DNA of 64,000 nucleotides from Callorhinchus milii (Eukaryota): assembly GCF_018977255.1 (NCBI RefSeq), contig NW_024704743.1:80416001-80480000 (forward strand). The letters are read 5' to 3'. The position numbers and the translations under genes were made by a program. Within the stretch, counting starts at the first letter, position 1. Each line of letters begins with the position of its first letter. A model generated the notes under the pieces. It worked only from the letters and a program-made list of their open reading frames with translations. It did no database searches and was not told where the DNA came from. Below are positions 52,901-64,000 of this stretch, one piece after another.

Positions 52901-53413
52901 GGAGTGAGTGATGGGCCACGTGGGGTTGCTGCTCTGGGACAGCCAGTACCGGGAGCCATGATGGGCCCAGAGGAGGATGACCAGGCTGGAGCAGAGGGAA
53001 GTGGTGATGGGGTCGAGGAGAGAGAGAAGATGGGGAGGGCAGCGGGAGAGAAGGACAGAAGGGGAGTAGTGGATAGAAGGGGGTGAGAGGAGAGACATTT
53101 GGAGAGGAGGGGGAGGCTCGGGTCGGGGCAGCAGCCAAAACGCGCACGCAGAGATCGGAAGCGAGTGATCAGTGAGACGGAATCAGCCCTCAGGCTCAGC
53201 CTCCCAGGTCATGGCTGGGATGGCAGTGGCAGTGGCAGCAGCTGCCAGGCCATTGTTGTTGTTGTTGTTGCTGCTGAGTTTTTAAAAAATATATATATTT
53301 GTTAACTGTGACATCACGCCGGCGTCACTTTGTGAATCGCGCTGACCCGCCACTTACCTCGCCCCGCGCTCTCCTACCTCCATTCCCAACTGAGTGGCTC
53401 CTCACCTGGCTGT
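49956..53413 (-). mobile_element. Apparently full-length single-ORF L2 LINE (subfamily B), decayed APE endonuclease + RT
   Basis: Reverse strand: ISLQNVRFLSNK...DILGLTETWL, NDFNLH, LDLVIT, SDH (APE); [34 protein letters not shown] (RT); B-type stem-loop tail and (GTT)n; several frameshifts. Confidence 0.95.
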
Positions 53414-53835
53414 GCTTTTCTTCCACCTCCGACACATCGCCCGTCTCCACCAATACCTCACCCCAAAAGCCACTGAAACCCCGGTCCATGCCTTTGTCAC
53501 CTCTCGGCTGGACTATTCAAATGCCCTCCTCGCCGGTCTCCCCTCCACTACCATTCATAAAATCCAGGTCATCCAAAACTCTGCCGCCCGCATTCTTACC
53601 CGCACCAAACTCCGCTCCCCGATTACCCCAGTCCTTGCCAGATTGCACTGGCTGCCTGTCCCAGAGACGATCGACATCAAGATCCTCACTCTTGCCTTCA
53701 AATCCCTCAACTCCTCCGCACACCCCTACCCTTCTGACCTCCTCTCTCCTCACAACAGTGCCCATTGCCTTCGCTCCACTGGGTCTGGCCTCCTCCTTGT
53801 CCCCCGAATCCTTCGCTCCACCATCGGCGGCCGGG
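53414..53835 (+). mobile_element. L2 subfamily B host fragment, right part
   Basis: [38 protein letters not shown]...LHWLPV...RSTIGGR; directly continues 49891-49955. Confidence 0.9.
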
Positions 53836-53859
53836 AATAATGATATATTTGGCCTTGCA

Positions 53860-53975
53860 ATTTTTTTTTGGGTGTCTGACACATGTGGAAACCTATCACC
53901 ATGCTTTAGATTATCCAAACCAAAAATGATATTTCCATGCATCCCACGTACACATGGAAATCCCAGAGATAGAAT
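53860..53975 (-). mobile_element. RTE-like 3'UTR family terminal fragment
   Basis: (T)9 gggtgtctgacacatgtggaaacctatcaccatgc...catggaaatcccagagataga. Confidence 0.7.
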
Positions 53976-54429
53976 GTAATTTGGCTTTGGGCCCAGTGAC
54001 TGAACCTGAACAAAAGTCATGAAACACGTAATCATTAGCATACATCATCCCACCCAATATTACTCAGAAAGTTGTTTTCTTGCATTAGGCTTTCAGGCTG
54101 GAATGTCCCGCCTGGTAACAGAATTTTAAACTTGCCGCCTTAATGTGTTGAGAAAATGTTCCCTTTGTCCCACTGGAGTCTAATCTGCAGATAAGAGGTG
54201 AGAAGCATTAATTTGGGTCCCACCCACCCTAACCCACTCCCTGGTTGGCATGAGCAAGGGATTGGATTCACTTATTTCTAAAAACAGCCAAAGTAACAAC
54301 GCAGTCTGTGTGTTCAAGTTTATTGTTTGATCTTGCATTTGTTTGATTTTTACCTCCAAACATGTCGCTTAGTAATCCCCATACGTCAAAAAGAAAATAC
54401 AAAGTGAGCATCGAGTTGAGAGAGTTTGG

Positions 54430-56343
54430 GAAGAACCAGTTTGGGAAGAACAGTTCTTGTTTGCACAAGGGAGAGCTTCAAAACTAGTGTGTTTGGTTTC
54501 TGGTGCTACAGTTGCTGTGCCTAAAAAAATTAATTTAGAGTGGCATTTTAAGCAAATGCTGAATTCAACACAAAATATCCAATTGGGTCAGCTTTGCGTA
54601 CAGATTTTATTTCCAAAAAAAGGATTAGCCTCTCAGCAAAGCAGTCTTATTTTAACAAAAAGAAGGAAATGACATTTATGGTCAAAGCATCCTATGAAAC
54701 GTCCCTACTACTAGCTCAGAAAAAAAATCCTTATTGAGATGCGGAAGCAGTAGTTAAAGAGAGTCTGTTATTTTTTGTTGCTCATACCGGTGATCCTAAA
54801 ATCAAAACAATGGCAGATGAAATTGCACTTTTCCCGAAATAGAGTTATGAGAAGCATTGATGAGATAACTAGTGATGTGTCAAAGCAAATTATCTATTCT
54901 ATCTCTGTCAGTAAGTACTTTTCATTAGTACTAGGTGAAAGTTGTCATTCTACTGATACGGCACAGCTCAGTGTCTTTGTTAGGTGTATCAATGAAAATT
55001 TGAGTATAATTGAGGAATTTCTTGGTTAATGTCAGCTTGTTTCAACCACGGGGGCGGATATTTCTGAAGAACTAACATTTTTTATTGAAGGCAATAAGCT
55101 TGACTGGTCCAAATTAGAGAGCATTTGTACAGACGGGGAACCTACTATGACTAGAAAGAGGAATAGTTGTGTTGCTTTTTTGGAAAAGTTTTGGAATGCA
55201 AGTTATTCAAGTACCATTGTATTAGTTATTAGGAAGCCCTTTGTTCCAAAGACTTGAACTTCTCCTGTGTATTTGATCCTGTGGTGCGTTGCATAAACAA
55301 AATGTGTGCATGTGCATTAAATTGCTGGAAATTTTGTAACTTGTTTGATGGAGGTGCAAATGAGGAAGGGGAGTTACTCCTTCATTGCAATGTTCTTTGG
55401 CTATCAAAGGGGAAGGCTCTTGAAAGATTTTGGAATTCAAAAGAAAAAGTGCTTACATTTTTGGAGGTGAAGGGAGAACTTCTTGAAGACTGCAAGCTCC
55501 TTCAAGACAAAGACTGGCTCAGTGATCTTGCTTTCCTTATGGACATAACCGGTTATCTTAACAACCTCAATGCTTGCTTGCAAGGAGAGGATTGTCTTTT
55601 TCCTACTCTGTTTAATTTAATCTTTCAAGGCCAAACTTAACCTTTTTTTGAATTTTTTGTCTAAAAAAAAACTGGATCACTTTGTTCACTTGCAACAGTT
55701 ACAAAGTGATAGTAAAGTCATCATCAATTTCGAAAAATATCAGAATACGATTTCTTTACTAGTTAATTCCTTTGATGCCCATTTTCAAGATTTTAAAGAA
55801 GACAAAGACAATACAACACTTCTCACCAACACTTCCTCTTTTTCAGATACCAAAGTTCAACATCATCCACCAGAAATGCAATTGGAAATTTTGGAACTTA
55901 AAAAGCATTCAGGCCACATAGCAAATTCAAAGAACTATGTGCTTCTCCAGTAAGACAGTCATTAGGAAATTCGTCCCCAAGAGTGATTTTCCTAAATTCC
56001 AAAACCATGCTCTTCGATATGTGTGCAGATTCCGATCAACCTACATCTGTAAGTAGTCCTTTTCCACCATGAACTTCATAAAAAATAAATAAACTAACAG
56101 ATGATTACCTTAATAATTTTCTTCTACTGGTGTGCTTAAAACTGAATTCAAATATTGAAGATATCATGAACAAAAAACAAATTTAGAAGCCTCATTAAGT
56201 AACTTGTTTGATAGTTTATTGTAAATTTCTTAATAAGTACATCTTTCCAGTAATACTTTTATTTTAAATTTTTTTTTAGTGGCACAGCGATATGTCTTGA
56301 GCTCACGATGTGGCACACCTTAGCAAAAGGTTGGCCACCACTG
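54430..56343 (+). mobile_element. Decayed hAT-Charlie/Buster-type DNA transposon (GTF2IRD2/SPIN-like transposase pseudogene)
   Basis: KLVCLVSGATVAVPKKINLEWH (BED-like), FSLVLGESCHSTDTAQLSVFVR, SICTDG, HCNVLWLSKGKALERFW, WLSDLAFLMDIT, STYICK*SFS; right end aggttggccaccactg resembles a Charlie-type TIR. Confidence 0.9.
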
Positions 56344-56399
56344 CTGCAGAAGAACAAAGTAGCTAACAACAGTTTGTCTTTAATTAACTATCATTATGA

Positions 56400-56960
56400 G
56401 GGTCGACTAGTGACTGTCCTCCTTGAGGGGAAGTAAGCAGGATCTACTTGGAGCTAAATTGGCAGTATTCCAGGGAACCTCTGATGACAGCTCAGCCAGC
56501 CTGGCTAATCGGGTAGACCAGTCACTGAGGGCAGGGAATCATCCCACTCAGCTCCTGTTAACCCTGCAAGCCAAAGCCTTAACAGGTAGGGTGGTCGTAG
56601 CTGGACAAACAGTGAGAAAGCTTGCCGGACAGCAAAATCAATGGCAAGCTATGCAGTTTTAGTTGGTTAAACTTTAGCAGTATCCCAATGCACACTCTCG
56701 GGTCCCCAAGCCTTGGCTCTTGTCAACCACTGAACACTCTGGCACACTACTCTGCATGGAGGGCGCTATATAAGTGCATGTTGTTGTAATATTTTCTGGA
56801 ATTAGGTAAGCAGAATGCATCCCTCCAGGAAGAGAGTGCGCATTCCATTCCAACAATCTATCTCTGACATTTCCGCATGGAAATCTCAGCTTGGTTTGGA
56901 CACTCTTAAGCATGATGATGGGTTTCCGCATGTGTCAGACACCCAGTTGACAAAAAAAAA
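56400..56960 (+). mobile_element. RTE-like 3'UTR family copy with an inserted L2-B tail (about 56729-56787)
   Basis: Collinear with 29720-30193 except for the insert ...gcatggagggcgctatataagtgcatgttgttg; ends ttgacaaaaaaaaa. Confidence 0.75.
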
Positions 56961-57989
56961 CAAGCATCATATAGCTTTTTTTGGTCAAGCATCAAAAAAC
57001 AAACGACCATCACAAATACCATTTCTAAAACCATTGAAACAATCCCTAATTTTAGGAAATAACATGATAGTCAGACTGTGTGACTCAGTGTGTGCTGTTT
57101 CCAAGTATCAAGGCAATGATAAAATTCTGTACTCAATTGGTTGACCTACTGAGCAAAATTGGTCTTTTTATTGTGGATAATACTGTTTTGGTATCAAAAG
57201 AATGCTTGAATTTTATGCACTGATACTATCCTCCCTCCCTCACCTCTTTCAAGGTCTAGTTCAAGAACTCTTTGACCACCCCTTCGGTCATCTTTCCCCT
57301 CCCCAACCACTTGACACCCACCCAAGCTCAGGTGCCATGCAGGGACCACCAACCCCTTGGGACATCCTCCCAACATGAAAGGTGGTGTATGAATGTAAAT
57401 TTGTATTGTACTATGAAGATGAAAACGCTCTCCATTGGAAAAATGGCACAATCCCATGTACATCACAAGAACTCCCCTTTTCACTGGTATTTTTCATCCT
57501 TTAATTTTAGTAGATGAATAACTTGTGTTCACTTGTGCAAGTCAAGTAGCTGATTTCCACTTGTTGCAGGGAAAAAAAATTAAAATATTCAACGTATACT
57601 CAACTAGATGTCCTTCCTTACAACTGATGGGAATATTAAGCAGTCATACCTCAGCAGTAAATGTGTTTTGCTTTCACACCCAGTGGCTTGAATATCTGCC
57701 TCTTAATTCTTCACATATCTTTTATAACTCATGGTTTATTGACTTCTATAATTTAACCACAGACTTCATGGTGTAAAATATTAATTTTGCACAAATTACC
57801 CATCCACAATTTTCCTATTTATTCTTTAAAGGGGCTATCTAGTTATTAGCTCTCTATATATCTCTTACATAATACAAAAAGCGATTTGAATCTCTTGTCA
57901 CTGTGCAGTCACCTTTTTAATTTCAATGGAAATTGTTCACATATTGTGGATTACGAATCACACAAAAGGCAGCCACATATAATTCAAAT

Positions 57990-58600
57990 GACTTTTAGAA
58001 AGGACAGGAGGACAATAAAAATCAAAGATCCTTCTAAAACACCCACCCTACCAACTTCCCATGATAGCAGCAAGATATTTATTCACTGAGTCTTGTATTC
58101 TGGCCTCAACCACCCTTCCTGTTAATCAGGTCCAGCCATTAATTATCTTCCGTGTAAAGGATATTTCCTGGTCTATGTTACAAAATTGTCTTCCGATCAC
58201 TGAACCTGTGCTCCTATGCCCTAATGCAAAGGAAAATATTGTTCTGTATTTCCTTTCTCTTTCCATGTAGCATTTATATGGTCTTATAAGGTTCCCACTG
58301 AGATGTCTTTTTTAACGCTGAAAAGCCCTAGCTTATCTAATCATTTTCCTTTGCTCATTCCTCTAAAACTCTGTATCAGTCATGTTGCTCTCCTCTGCAC
58401 TGCCTTTAGGACCTGGGCAACAGCCCCCCTTATGTTGTGGTGATCAGAACTCTATGTAACACTCTTGGTGTGGTCTGACCATACTGATTTGGCAACATAC
58501 CCCAACTTCTTGTTTGCCTTGTTTATTGCTGAGGCGATGAGTCAACTGACTCCTCAGACTCTCTTTCAACTTCGCCCTTGACATGTTCTATCCCACATAT
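57990..58600 (-). mobile_element. Old CR1 3' fragment
   Basis: Reverse strand ggtcagaccacaccaagagtgttacatagagttctgatcacc resembles VRPHLEYCVQFWSP; cacggaagataattaatggctggacc resembles the TQRVIN.WN motif. Confidence 0.65.
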
Positions 58601-58930
58601 GGAGTACATGTAAAAAAAAGTACAGATCCACATGAGTGTGCCGTCCTCTGAGTTCTGTAGGTAACCAAGTGTTTGCAGTCTGATCCACTTGGCTGCACCC
58701 ACTTAAATCGAGTTACTGTTATGAGATTACTGTCTTGAGGAGGATAAATTAGACTTCTGCTCATTTTCATGGATCAGTTGCAACTATAATCTTGCAGCAC
58801 AAAGTGGAGAAATCTAAGCATAAATGGTAAAGACGAAGAAAGGGAGACACACCCACAGGGAGGGAGGGTCAGGCAGAAAGAAAAAGGATCTAGATGGAAG
58901 GAGGTTTTGGTTTGAGCTGTATATTGTATT

Positions 58931-59375
58931 CAACAAGAACAACAAAATTATATTTGTATAGCGCCTTTCACTTTGGGAGGACGTCCCAAGCCACTGGACA
59001 ATCAGTATTTCGGGTCCAAGCTGAGAGTCGGGATCAAGGAAGGTGGAGGGCAGGGGGGGAAGGAAGGTGACTGAAGACACGATCAAAGAGAAGGGTCTTG
59101 AGACGGGTCTTGAAGGAGGCAAGGGAGGGGGCGAAGCAGAGGGCACCCGGGATGGAGCCCGCTGAGCGGAGAGAGTGGGCAGGTTGGTAGGGGGTTAGAA
59201 AGTCGCAGAGGTAGGGGGGAGCAAGGCCATGGAGGGCTTTGAAGGTGAGGACCAGGATCTTGAACTGTATCCCCTGTGTGACCGGAAGTCAGTGGAGTCA
59301 GGCTAGGATCGGGGTGATAGGGTTGCAGAGCCTGGTGCGGGAGAGGATACGGGCTGCAGAGTTCTGGATGATCTG
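58931..59375 (-). mobile_element. L2 subfamily A host element, 3' part (5' part at 60400-60750)
   Basis: [25 protein letters not shown] and an A-type tail on the - strand. Confidence 0.9.
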
Positions 59376-60399
59376 CCTCTTGTCACCCACCACCACCCCC
59401 TCTCCATCCCCCTCAACCTCCCCATCATCAGCTCCTACCATGACCCCCATCCTACATTCCTTCCTCCCCATCTCCCCTTCCTCCCTTTCACCCATCATCA
59501 CTTCAATGAAATCCACCAGTTGCTGCCTCGAACCCCTCCCCACCAATTTGCTAGTCACCCAGCTCCCCCTCCTCTGCCCACTACAGGCTGATGTCACCAA
59601 TCAGTCCCTCTCCTCTGGATCAGTCATTGCCCCCCTCAAAACTGCTGTCATCACCCCCCTCCTGAAAAAACCTTCCCTAGATCCTTCAAACCCTAGCCAC
59701 TACCGCCCTATTTCAAACTTGCCCTTCCTCGCCAAAGTCCTAGAACGCGTTGTTGCCAATCAACTTCGCGCACACCTTTCCTCCCATTCCCTCTTAGAAC
59801 CTCTCCAGTCCGGTTTTCGCCCACAGTACAGAGACTGCACTTGTGAAAGTCTCAAACGATATTCTCTCTATCTGTGACTAGGGCTCCCTCTGCCTCCTTG
59901 TCCAGGTCATCCAGAATTCTGCCGCCCGCATTCTTACCCGTACCAAACTCCACTCCCCGATTACCCAAGTCCTTGCCAGACTGCACTGGCTGCCTGTCCC
60001 AGAGAGGATCGACTTCAAGATCTCACTCTTGTTTTCAAATCCCTCCACTCCTCTGCAACCCCTACCTCTCTAACTTCCTCTCTCCTCACAACAGTAATCG
60101 TTGTCTTCGCTCCACCGGGTCTGCCCTCCTCCTTGTCCCCCGAATCCTCCGCTCCATCATCAGCGGCTGTGCCTTCAGCCACTACGCCACGAAGCTCTGG
60201 AACTCCCTTCTTCATTCCCTTTACTTCATCCCCTCTCTTCCTACTTTCAGGTCTCGCTTTAAGACCTTTCTTTTCAACCGGGCCTTTGGTCACCTTCCTC
60301 CCCTTCCCCCTGGCTCGGCCCCGGGATCCGTTACTGTGAAGTGCTCTGAGACGCCATCTGGCATGGAGGGCGCTATATAAATCCAAGTTGTTGTTGTTA
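59373..60399 (+). mobile_element. L2 subfamily B insert with ~730-bp internal deletion, nested antisense in L2-A
   Basis: [37 protein letters not shown]; junction cttgtcc|aggtcatcc near 59903; B-type tail and (TTG)n. Confidence 0.93.
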
Positions 60400-60752
60400 T
60401 GAGGTCTCAGGGGCCTGTGGTTGAGACAGTGGCGGAGCCGTGCAATGTTGCGGAGGTGGGGGATGGCAGAGCGGGTCATGACACAGATGTGGGGTAGAAA
60501 TGATAGTTGAGGGTCAAATAAGACGATAAGGTTCTGGACTGGCTTAGCAAGGTGGAATGTGCACCCATGGATGGTGATGCTTTCGGTGCCTGAGGTGTGG
60601 AGGCGCTGATGGGAGCCATTCAGGAGGGCCTCAGTCCTGTTGACTGGAGAAAGTTAGCTCACATCCAGTACATGATGTCTGACAGGACAGCAGTGGCCCT
60701 GGAGTCGAGGGTGGAGGTAGAGAGATAGAGTTGGGTGTCATCCGCATATATG
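60400..60752 (-). mobile_element. L2 subfamily A host element, 5' part
   Basis: Reverse strand: [10 protein letters not shown]...[12 protein letters not shown]. Confidence 0.88.
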
Positions 60753-61097
60753 TATACATTCAGGGTGACAATCTAATATCCACACTCTTTCATAAGTACA
60801 AAGGGACCAGTTAGAAATGTATGGGTCTCAGGTTTCTACTGTATAAGAAATGTGTGTATTTATGAATGCCTCACACAGGTTGATTAAAATTGTCTGCTGA
60901 GTTTAAATCACCGTAATTGAAAGAACCAGACACTTTGTCTTTTGTGAGTACCTTTGTTGTAGTGATGTTCCACCCTCTACTTCTTGTTAACCAGCAGCTG
61001 CCAAAACAATAAATGTTCCAGCAATCGACTCTTTATAATGGGAACAAGTGATTTTTCTGAGAGTTGGAGCCATTTATTCCAGTTCAAATGGATTTAT

Positions 61098-61267
61098 GAT
61101 AATAATAATCCTTGCATTTGATAAGGCGCTTTTCAAGTCTTCTCGTATAGAATATACTGTAAAGTGAATTGACTGTATATTTTGTGGTGAAACGCAGCAG
61201 CCAATTGTGCACAGCAGTGTCCCACTCACAGTCATGGATTGAGTGACCAAATTATTATTATTATTAT
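61098..61267 (-). mobile_element. tRNA-derived SINE 3' fragment
   Basis: aataataatccttgcatttgataaggcgc...gcagccaattgtgcacagcagtgtccc. Confidence 0.85.
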
Positions 61268-63514
61268 ATTGCCAAAATATAGCTAAAGGATCATTTAATT
61301 GTCAGTTTTATATCCCAAAAAGGAACTCAAAGTAAGAACCTTTGCAAATCCAAACTCCTCATTGTTACTATTAATAATAATAATAACACTATTAACATCC
61401 AAGCAGACAGGTAGGTTGGCTCCTTTATGCAAGTACTGGTGACACTGAACCAGTCATTTAGCCATCATTACCATCAGGCTGTGATTTGTTTAGTTGCAGT
61501 TAATTTTTGTCAATGGGTGGTTGTCATTTCCCTCAAAGTATTGTGTTTTAGGAGGTAGCAATTTTCTGGTTAGGATTTATCCTAACTCAGTGCCCTTGCT
61601 CAGAGTAGAAGTAGCTGTAAGTCACCAATCTGAGACTTTTTGTTATACACTAATACATATAAAATCTCCAGTTAACACAAACATCTGGCAACTTCAACTT
61701 TCAGCAGGTTATTCATGTAGGCCATTTCTGTAGCTAAAGGGAGTTCAGGATTTATTCAGTTTCTTCATCAATTTTACCTTATAATCTTGCAATGAAGTGT
61801 CCACCTACATATTGAAATAATTAGAAGGAACGGGATAAATTATTTTTATAACTTCTTTATAGGGAAGTTTCATATTTCTCATCAAATGTTGCCTGCAAGC
61901 TCATTTTATCTCCTACACGTCTAAAGCTAAACCTGCTTGATCCAATGCTGCAGTAGGTTTTATATCTTCCCATTGGAGGCGGATGCTCCCATCTGTGCAC
62001 CTGCAGATGGTTGGGCAATTAAACTAACTGCATAATAAAGGCATTTTGTGTGCTGGAAACTGCCCCATATTCGATTATATCTGCAGGTGGTGTAATGAGC
62101 TATAAAAGTGTGATGATGGACCAGAAGAGGGGTGGATACCCATTTGAAATATCATGTTTGATGCTTCCAACAGATTTGCATCTTATTTTGCTCTAAATGG
62201 AAAGAATTTAGAAGAAATTTATGATTGCAATGATATTTTTCCATAAGCACTCTTCATCCTAATGCGAGAAACATTTTTCATGATATTTACCTGTTTGGCG
62301 TAATAGATCACTGCTCCAGATTAAGCAGCACTGAATACTTCCTGTGGGGGGTATCAAACTCTATCCAATGTCACTGGGTGATTTCTTAAAATTCTGATAA
62401 AATCTGAAAATCTTCTGATAATGTGAAACAAGCTCAATGTTTTTTAACCTCTTGGGGCTCTTTCTCTTTTAGTATCAATGATAAGAATCACAAATATGAA
62501 AGACTCTTTGATGCATCTAGGGGATTATTAAGAGAAAAGATGTGAAGTCGATAAGTGAAATTCCTGTGCCAACCTACAAAATGTCATGTTTTTATTGTAT
62601 TATTCCTGTAAAATACTGGGTGGAACTCCAACAAATGTTTTTCAACACTCACTTGGTTTCAACAAGTATAAGGAGTCATAGACTAACACATACAATGTGA
62701 ATTACAATCCAGTGGCATGCCTGGAAGGAAAGGCTTTTCTGCGGTGAGTGTCCTCGATGAATGGTGCAATGCCAAGGGCAAACTTTTGCAAGAAATTCCT
62801 GCTATCCTGGTTGCACACATGATTCATACAGTTTGCTTCATTTATCCCAAATGCTTTTGAAGCCCCAGGATGGGTTTATTGTTGACATAGCATTTTGTGG
62901 TTTCATGATTTCTCCATGAATAGCACGCTAATAAAATTGGTCATTGCACAACTTGGCTGCCGTGTTCATCCACAAAAAACACGCAATCACTCCACTCTAC
63001 AGTATATGCTGTGAAGCACTGTGGGACATCCCTCTGACGTCAGAGGTGCTATACCAAATGTAAGGATTATTATTGTTATAAACTCTCAACATTTCCACTC
63101 CAATAACTGTGAATGTATTGGAAATTCCCTGGAGCTCTTTTTGTCCCTTTGATCCAATCACCAGGCAGAGGCAGAATCAGCATTACATATACATACCAGC
63201 ACTGCCATCCACATTACTTTTGGGATACTACAAAATCTGTTTTCTGAATCACTTGGCTAGGGCCTTACAGAATCACAAGAGTTAGTAAATATTTAGTACC
63301 TACTGTCCATGTTGCACAATTGTCAAAAGTAGAAGCACCAACATAACCCAAGCTTGATTCGAAGGTCGAGATGTGCATTTTTTTTGGTTAACCTGGTGTC
63401 TCTCACATACAATGCTTAAGGGACTCCAAACTCAAATGCAGGTTCTATTTATGCTTTGAACTCTGTTTCTTTGGAACAGAATGCATTCTCTCTTCCTGGA
63501 AAGACTTGTGTTTC

Positions 63515-63719
63515 TCACCTAATAATAATCCCTTCAAAAACAAAAAAAATAAATTGGTCATTTTCAATCCACGACTGTTTGTGGGACACTGCTGTGCACA
63601 ATTGGCTGCTGCGTTTCGCCCACAAATATACGGTCAATTCACTTTACAGTCTATTCTGTGAAGCACTTTGAGATGTCGAGAAGACGTGAAAAAGCACTAT
63701 ATCAAGGATTATTATTATT
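63515..63719 (+). mobile_element. tRNA-derived SINE 3' half
   Basis: aataataatcccttc...cgactgtttgtgggacactgctgtgcacaattggctgc...aaagcactatatcaaggattattatt. Confidence 0.88.
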
Positions 63720-63809
63720 CTATATATTATAATCCCAGAAAGGTGCAGGTTGACAAGGGTCAAGAATTGGAGATCCAAAAGTGTGTGTTGGATTTCCAAA
63801 CGACATTTT

Positions 63810-64000
63810 GTCCATCTGCGATCTCTGCCTTCTCATCCTCCTTGACCTCTCTGCTGCCTTCTATACCATTGACCATTCTATTCTCCTCCACCGCCTCTCC
63901 TCTCAACCTTCATGGTTCTCCTTGAATGGTACAGATCCTACATCTCACACCATCTCCACTTCATCTCCACAAACGGCTTCTCCTCTACCCCCCATACCAC
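63810..64000 (+). mobile_element. L2 RT fragment running off the window end
   Basis: [24 protein letters not shown]...SYISHHLHFISTNGFSS. Confidence 0.85.

Noticed and set aside
50093..53305. Numerous Gly/Glu/Arg-rich + strand ORFs
   Set aside because: Antisense shadows of the C-rich L2 coding strand.
54457..55953. Domesticated GTF2IRD2/ZBED-type host gene
   Set aside because: Multiple stops and frameshifts plus a retained TIR-like end indicate a decayed transposon.

Overview
This is vertebrate genomic DNA, repeat-dense and apparently intronic or intergenic. The repeat content (L2 and CR1 LINEs, Deu-domain SINEs, tRNA-derived SINEs with L2-type tails) points by inference to a cartilaginous fish, possibly a chimaera. 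I recognise no host protein-coding gene, RNA gene, CRISPR array or prokaryotic system. All long ORFs belong to transposons: two L2 subfamilies including one apparently full-length single-ORF (APE+RT) copy at 49956-53413 (-), a young 5'-truncated L2 RT at 18585-20453, a CR1 RT at about 30950-32887, a decayed hAT-Charlie-type transposase at about 54430-56343, and an RTE-like 3'-end family present in about 7 copies. The most notable structure is mechanistic. There are two antisense L2-in-L2 nested insertions, a fold-back hairpin at an L2 5' junction, clear target-site duplications (TSDs) on L2 inserts, and a covarying 3' stem-loop shared by both L2 subfamilies and the SINEs. There is also a modular SINE with long and short subfamilies, AT-rich fold-back elements, an isolated 69-nt hairpin, and a TALE-motif-rich candidate enhancer. 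Repeat boundaries were read by eye and are approximate; family names come from recalled motifs, not database searches.
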